Assembly: GCA_030248215.1 (NCBI GenBank)
Contig: JASANG010003092.1
Coordinates: forward strand, 248,001 to 312,000
Length of the DNA: 64,000 bases
Direction: 5' to 3'
From: Enoplolaimus lenunculus
Taxonomy: Eukaryota
Below, one piece after another: positions 62,438 to 64,000 of this stretch. The notes under the pieces were generated by a model that saw only the letters and a list, made by a program, of their open reading frames with translations, made no database searches and had not been told where the DNA came from. The position numbers and the translations under genes were made by a program. Position 1 is the first letter of the stretch. The number at the start of each line of letters is the position of its first letter.

Positions 62438-63420
62438 CATTTAGGCATTGACTCATGCATATATTTAGGTTTTTCCAAATTTTATTTGAACGTTAACCAT
62501 GCATGCATCCAGCAAGCTATATATATACTATATCCAATGTTTTAGTATTATCGCCAATTTTGTATCTAAAAACAAAATAATTTTATAATTCGCGAATATG
62601 CATAGTTCGTTTCCAAAACGGTATACATTGACGTTGCCATCGACTGAAACTCACTCTAGTCACCGATCGTGTTCACTACCGACTTCGACTCCAGTTCGCA
62701 CCCCTGTTACTCGGTCGCATAATACGAATGCATGCACGCCGAAAAGTTTACCCCCACGACTGGAAGTGCCCACGGAAAAGTAAGTCTTTTACATTAGGTC
62801 AGTGCTGGAGCAGACAGGGGTGGGGTTTTTTCAAAATTCAGGGTGAGGACCCCCAAACTCGCGAGCAGAACGAGCGAGAAACCACACGCGTTTTAAAACC
62901 TTGGCGGTTTTTCTTTCAACAGGTTTACGATGGGACCCCTTTACCAGTAGAGACCCCCAAAATGGGGGCATTGGGGGTGGCCGTTCCGTCTCTGCTTTAG
63001 GTTTCGACCATAATTTCGGGCAGCTATCAAGATACTTTTATTCCTGGTTAACGTGACATGTGATCTAAGACTGAGTCCAAGCGTGAAGCAACGTTTAAGC
63101 GTAATCGTGCGATAAATTGTCAAACCCTCAAGGATTCTGATTATAATTTATCAGTAGAAAAGTTGTCTGGCGACGAATTCTCGTTATACCGTTTGCATGC
63201 GTTTCTAAACCTTGAGTTTAAATATTTGAGAAAGTGTCAGCCTAAACAGTTTGCAATATTTGAAACAAGAATGGAGAGGGTAAAGGATAATTTTGCTAGG
63301 CAAATTGCTTTGGCAATTAAGCGATAAGGATGACCATAGGTGTACCCACGAGCGGTATCCCTCCGGCCCAGCATAATTGTGACTTAAAGATGCTTCTGTC
63401 TTCTGCTATAGGATATATAT

Positions 63421-63899
63421 CAGAGTGCGACCGGATATCCGGCTCCGGTTCCTGCAGAAAATCGACATCCGACTCCGGATCCGGTATTTTAACTTGCCAG
63501 ATGTTTTTAAAAACTTCAAAAGATTGAAACCAACATTTGTATTTATGCCAACTTTTTCTATCGTAAAATGTATTTTCTGTCGTACAATGTAAATGTTTGC
63601 ATGTACCCGTGTACGCTCACCAGATTTATTGGGTTTTAATAACGCTGGACTACCTGATAAAGATGACCAGTGTTACTTGATTGGCGTAAAAGTATATTTA
63701 CTGTTATTCGTAATTCTAAGTCTAAACTTCACCCTAAAAATATGTCTATGTCTAAGCTTAAGCCTTAGTATATGTAAATAATAGCCTTAATCCAAACCAT
63801 GGATGGACGGTCTCGGTCAATTTTTGGTCATCACCGAAACAACCAAAATTTTATTAGACTAGCGGCTCAGGCATTTTTTTGGTATCTGGTCGCACCCTG
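63421..63899. mobile_element. hAT-like MITE
   Basis: Termini CAGAGTGCGACCGGATA ... TATCTGGTCGCACCCTG; 8-bp TSD atatatat/atatatct. Confidence 0.75.
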
Positions 63900-64000
63900 A
63901 TATATCTTTTGACTGTTGTAGGACAAAATGATAAAACTACGGGCAATACAAAGTAAGCGTGATTGCAAATCTGGGCCATTTAAAAATGTCTGATTGTCTT

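Overview
AT-rich, intron-containing animal genomic DNA. It is most likely from a nematode: TTAGGC repeats, TTTCAG/TTTTAG acceptors and a nematode-type receptor architecture point that way, but this is an inference. I reconstructed five protein-coding genes by hand with phase-consistent GT-AG exons. (1) A 3'-incomplete LDL-receptor-like gene on the minus strand (signal peptide, Cys-rich helical domain, EGF, cbEGF, YWTD; 13845 to 6518 or beyond). (2) A two-exon SID-1/SIDT-family transmembrane gene (27806-24181, minus). (3) Rab5 (41342-38706, minus). (4) A C8orf82/UPF0598 homolog (44174-47295, plus). (5) An NPEPL1-type M17 aminopeptidase (48331-55036, plus). The rest is dense with non-autonomous DNA transposons (hAT-like, CACTG/CMC-like, TA-flanked, PIF/Harbinger-like, and a Merlin-like family carrying TTAGGC repeats), plus degraded LINE/SINE remnants and a microsatellite. 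The most notable observation is that the aminopeptidase appears to carry two extra in-frame 5' exons encoding an extended LOTUS (OST-HTH)-like domain, the fold known for binding Vasa in germ granules. This would be a LOTUS-M17 peptidase fusion, possibly with an alternative LOTUS-less isoform. All family assignments come from motif recognition, not database searches.
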